Part shown: one piece after another, positions 43,381 through 46,130 of the stretch
Numbering within the stretch: position 1 is the stretch's first letter
How the letters are laid out: each line of letters starts with the position of its first letter
DNA from: Phycisphaerae bacterium
Lineage (GTDB): Bacteria; Planctomycetota; Phycisphaerae; Phycisphaerales; Phycisphaeraceae
Assembly: GCA_002688155.1 (NCBI GenBank)
Contig: NZCH01000046.1
Span: 1 to 46,130 of the forward strand
Direction of reading: 5' to 3'
Length of the DNA stretch: 46,130 nucleotides
Translations under genes and position numbers: made by a program
Notes under the pieces: generated by a model
What the model was told of the DNA's origin: nothing
Seen by the model: only the letters and a program-made list of their open reading frames with translations
Database searches by the model: none

Positions 43381-43926
43381 TCATGATACGCCAGTGAGTC
43401 TGGACGATTGCGATGTCCGCGCGCGAAGAATCTGGATGAGCAGTGCGGCCAGGTATCCGATCGACAGCGCGGCGGTCCCCCACACAAGCACCGCTGTGGT
43501 CGCGCCCACCGGGTCGGTGCTGCCCAGAGCATCAATCAAGCTGAACGCACCCATCGCCGCCAGTACAAAGGTTTGTGTCAGCGCGAGCGCAAGTGCCGCG
43601 ACGATCGCCGGCAGCGCGCCGCGCCGCACGAACCGGCTCAGGCCGGTGAACACGATACCGGGTCCGACGCCGAAGACGGCGCACGTTATCGCGAATGACC
43701 GTGTGGTTTCTCGCAGCGCGCTGATCTGCAGCGATGACATTGGCTGGTGCAAGTAGCGCTGAATTTGCGGATCGGGCATGCGTTGTACATACCCGGCGAG
43801 GCCCGCCACCCCGCCCAGACCGACGAACTCGACCACGCCGATCATGATCGCCAGCACGCCGGCGCGTTGGCGCAGACGGTCGATCATCCCGTTTTGCGCT
43901 GTCTGTCCGCTTGGTTGGGCATTCAT
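43381..43926 (-). CDS. hypothetical integral membrane protein (about 4 TM)
   Basis: It has hydrophobic segments and is the first gene of a three-gene minus-strand operon. Confidence 0.6.
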   Translation of the reverse strand: MNAQPSGQTAQNGMIDRLRQRAGVLAIMIGVVEFVGLGGVAGLAGYVQRMPDPQIQRYLHQPMSSLQISALRETTRSFAITCAVFGVGPGIVFTGLSRFVRRGALPAIVAALALALTQTFVLAAMGAFSLIDALGSTDPVGATTAVLVWGTAALSIGYLAALLIQILRARTSQSSRLTGVS

Positions 43927-44020
43927 TTGTGCCGTTATACCATCGATACAGGGTGCCGCGGGATTAAGCCGATGATGACCAAGCCAGCGCGGCTCTCACG
44001 GCCAGGGATTCCTCCAACGC

Positions 44021-45013
44021 ATGCTTCGCAAGCTCTCCATCGTCGTGCGAATTCTCATTGCCGCCGCCGGCGTTGCGTACATCGTGTACTCGGTCAACTG
44101 GCGGGATGTCACAGACGCGCAGGCGGCGGTTCAGGAGCCGGGCGTGTTGACGATGCTGCGCGGCGCGAACGTGCTGCTTCTTGTAATCGGCCTGTTCATC
44201 ATGGCGATCGTGTACCCACTGCAGGTGCTGCGGTGGTGGCTGCTGATGGGAGCGAGGCATATCGGTGCGGGGTACGGGCGTGCGCTTCGTCTTTATATGG
44301 TTGGTTCATTTTTTAATTTCTGCATGCCGGGTACGACCGGTGGCGACGTGGTCAAAGGGTATTACGCCGCGCGGCACAGCGACCGGCGCACCGACGCGCT
44401 GATGAGTATTTTGTTCGACCGCATTACGGGCCTGATCGGGCTATTCCTTTTCGCAGGCGTCGTCGCGCTTGTGATGCTGGACCATCCACTGGTGCGCAAG
44501 CTGGCGATGTGTTCGTGGGCTGCGCTGCTGGTCGTGATCGTGGGTTACGGCTGTTACAGCTCGCGGTTCCTACGACAGTTGCTGCACATTGAGAAGACGC
44601 GCAACTGGCCGGTGATTGGCAAGTTCGTTGCGATCATCGACGATGCGGCGCTGGCGTATCGCGATCATCTGGGAACCGTAGGTCTGGCGATTATGATCAG
44701 CACGCTGGCTCATTTTCTGCTGGCGCTGGCACTGGCGCTGGCCGGCTTAGCGCTGGGGGTCAGCGCGCCGATTCAGTTGCTGATGGGCATCAACCCCGCG
44801 ATCGTCTTTGTCGGCGCGCTGCCGATCAGTTATCAGGGTGTTGGCGTGCAGGAAGGTGTCGCGCAAGCGATGATCGGCGGCCATGCCACCATGAACCAAA
44901 TTGTCGGCATGCTCATGTTCTTTCGGTTGTATATGCTCGTGTACGCGCTGTGCGGATCGCTGTTCCTGATAGGCGGTGACATTCACATGCGCCCGCCGTC
45001 GGAATCGAATTAA
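44021..45013 (+). CDS. flippase-like domain protein (UPF0104 / lysyl-PG synthase TM-region family)
   Basis: FFNFCMPGTTGGDVVKGYY is the family signature. The protein is a polytopic membrane protein of 330 aa. Confidence 0.75.
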   Translation: MLRKLSIVVRILIAAAGVAYIVYSVNWRDVTDAQAAVQEPGVLTMLRGANVLLLVIGLFIMAIVYPLQVLRWWLLMGARHIGAGYGRALRLYMVGSFFNFCMPGTTGGDVVKGYYAARHSDRRTDALMSILFDRITGLIGLFLFAGVVALVMLDHPLVRKLAMCSWAALLVVIVGYGCYSSRFLRQLLHIEKTRNWPVIGKFVAIIDDAALAYRDHLGTVGLAIMISTLAHFLLALALALAGLALGVSAPIQLLMGINPAIVFVGALPISYQGVGVQEGVAQAMIGGHATMNQIVGMLMFFRLYMLVYALCGSLFLIGGDIHMRPPSESN

Positions 45014-45074
45014 GCGGTTCCTGCGCGCCGGGCAAACGCAATAGAATGTTTGTCCCACGCATCGGAACCACGCC

Positions 45075-46130
45075 TTGCCAAACGTTACTATCAATCCATC
45101 ACCGACCCTGCGTCCCGCGAAGCTGTTGCCCTGGGTGCTGCTTGTGGTGACGGTGCTGGCGTACCACAACAGTGTGCGCGGCGTGTTTGTGTTCGATGAC
45201 GCGCCTCGCATCGAATACAATCAGCGGCTTCGCAACCCCGGGCCGCTGACGGACTGGCTGGGCATGTCCCGGCCGGTCGTCGAAAGTTCGCTGCTGCTCA
45301 ACTATGTGATCGGTGAGCAATTGCACGCGATGCGTTGGGGGACGGGCGGCCTGGACCCGCGCGGGTACCACATATTCAACCTGGCGGTGCATGTGCTGGC
45401 GGGGCTGACGTTGTACGGCATCATGTGGCGTACGCTGTCCCTGCCGGGCATGTCCGATCGTGTGCGCGGCGCAGCGCGGGCTCTCGCATTTTCCGTCGCG
45501 CTCATCTGGGCGGCCCATCCGCTGACAACGCAGGCGGTGACATACGTCATTCAACGTTCCGAGTCCATGATGGCAATGTTCTACCTGGCGGTGATATATG
45601 CGGCGCTGCGCGCGGCGACTTATCAGCAGCAGGGCGCGTCAGGGCGGTCAGCGCGCGTGGTGTTCTGGTCGATTGCGGCGGTCGTGTTTTGTCTTCTGGG
45701 CATGGGTAGCAAGCAGGTCATGGTCAGCTCACCGATTCTTGTGCTGCTTTTCGATCGCACGTTCCTGGCGGATTCTTTCAAACAGGCGCTGAGCCGGCGC
45801 TGGGGACTTTACGTCGCGCTGTTCGGAACATGGTTGGCGCTCGCCTCGACCATGGGCTTCGGGGCGGTGCTGTTTTCGGAGACAAGCAAGGCTGGTTTCA
45901 GCTTCAAGGCTGTGACACCCTGGGAATACTTTCGCACGCAGCCGAGCGTGATACTGCTGGAGTATCTTCGCCTCGCGCTGTGGCCTCGCCCGTTGTGTTT
46001 CGATTACCTGGCGCTGCCGCTGAACAACGTCTTCCAGATCGCGTGGACGATGGCGGCGCTGTCGTTGCTGGGCATCCTTACCTTGTGGGCGGTGATTCGG
46101 CGGAGTTGGATCGGCGTGGTGGGGGCGGCG
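45075..46130 (+). CDS. TMTC/PMT_2-like polytopic membrane protein (probable glycosyltransferase-C-fold N-terminal domain), 3'-partial, runs off the window
   Basis: It is absent from the ORF track because it has no stop in the window. My own translation of the open frame from TTG 45075 to 46130 (352 codons, no stop) gives LAYHNSVRGVFVFDD, YHIFNLAVHVLAG and AHPLTTQAVTYVIQRSE. These are typical of bacterial TMTC-like (DUF1736-type) proteins that usually end in TPR repeats. Confidence 0.7.
   Translation, partial: MPNVTINPSPTLRPAKLLPWVLLVVTVLAYHNSVRGVFVFDDAPRIEYNQRLRNPGPLTDWLGMSRPVVESSLLLNYVIGEQLHAMRWGTGGLDPRGYHIFNLAVHVLAGLTLYGIMWRTLSLPGMSDRVRGAARALAFSVALIWAAHPLTTQAVTYVIQRSESMMAMFYLAVIYAALRAATYQQQGASGRSARVVFWSIAAVVFCLLGMGSKQVMVSSPILVLLFDRTFLADSFKQALSRRWGLYVALFGTWLALASTMGFGAVLFSETSKAGFSFKAVTPWEYFRTQPSVILLEYLRLALWPRPLCFDYLALPLNNVFQIAWTMAALSLLGILTLWAVIRRSWIGVVGAA

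Noticed and set aside
1-46130. CRISPR arrays, IS elements, integrases, toxin-antitoxin pairs, restriction-modification or other defence genes, and rRNA genes.
   Set aside because: I looked for spaced direct repeats, terminal inverted repeats, and transposase, integrase or nuclease motifs on both strands. I found none.

Overview
This is a 46.1-kb high-GC (by eye about 60-65%) bacterial chromosomal segment. It is gene-dense, with about 40 protein genes on both strands. I see no rRNA, intact tRNA, CRISPR array, transposase or integrase.

Most genes are core housekeeping:
- a type IIA topoisomerase B/A pair with a small ORF wedged between the subunits
- ruvC, a DJ-1/PfpI protein and an enlarged RNase HII-like protein
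- a PIG-L deacetylase with a lipoprotein, and phoH
- a MoeA-PBP fusion, a PhyH dioxygenase, a STAS protein, YqeY and two tandem TPR proteins
- proB, waaA, metG and thrS
- a DapA-family enzyme followed by an orphan OppF-type ABC ATPase
- rpsP-trmD, a ChlI/MoxR-like AAA+ ATPase, Usp, TerC and lutABC
- a sugar-phosphate isomerase-like TIM barrel and a divergent enolase-superfamily protein
- a three-gene membrane/secreted operon, a flippase-like protein, and a TMTC-like membrane protein that runs off the 3' end and is absent from the ORF track

Gene content (TIGR03032, secreted prenyltransferase-repeat protein, orphan STAS, many TPR proteins) suggests Planctomycetota or a relative. This is inference only.

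I found no clear-cut new multi-gene system (no defence, mobile or RiPP enzyme set). The signals that ordinary annotation does not explain are:
1. About 10 genes have a TANNNT -10 hexamer exactly 6-7 nt before the start codon and no Shine-Dalgarno, which suggests pervasive leaderless mRNAs.
2. An orphan PqqD/RRE-like gene sits behind an uncharacterised 311-aa gene, with 360 bp of unassigned, protein-like sequence upstream.
3. An orphan tmRNA/tRNA-Ala-like 3' end with its own strong terminator looks like a displaced attachment-site remnant.
4. A perfect sigma54 -24/-12 promoter, an upstream palindrome and a purine-rich leader precede a low-GC secreted basic protein.
5. A near-identical 18-19-nt CGACT-repeat element lies upstream of both metG and phoH.
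6. There are two decayed gene remnants: a CoA-transferase and a Gfo/Idh/MocA oxidoreductase.
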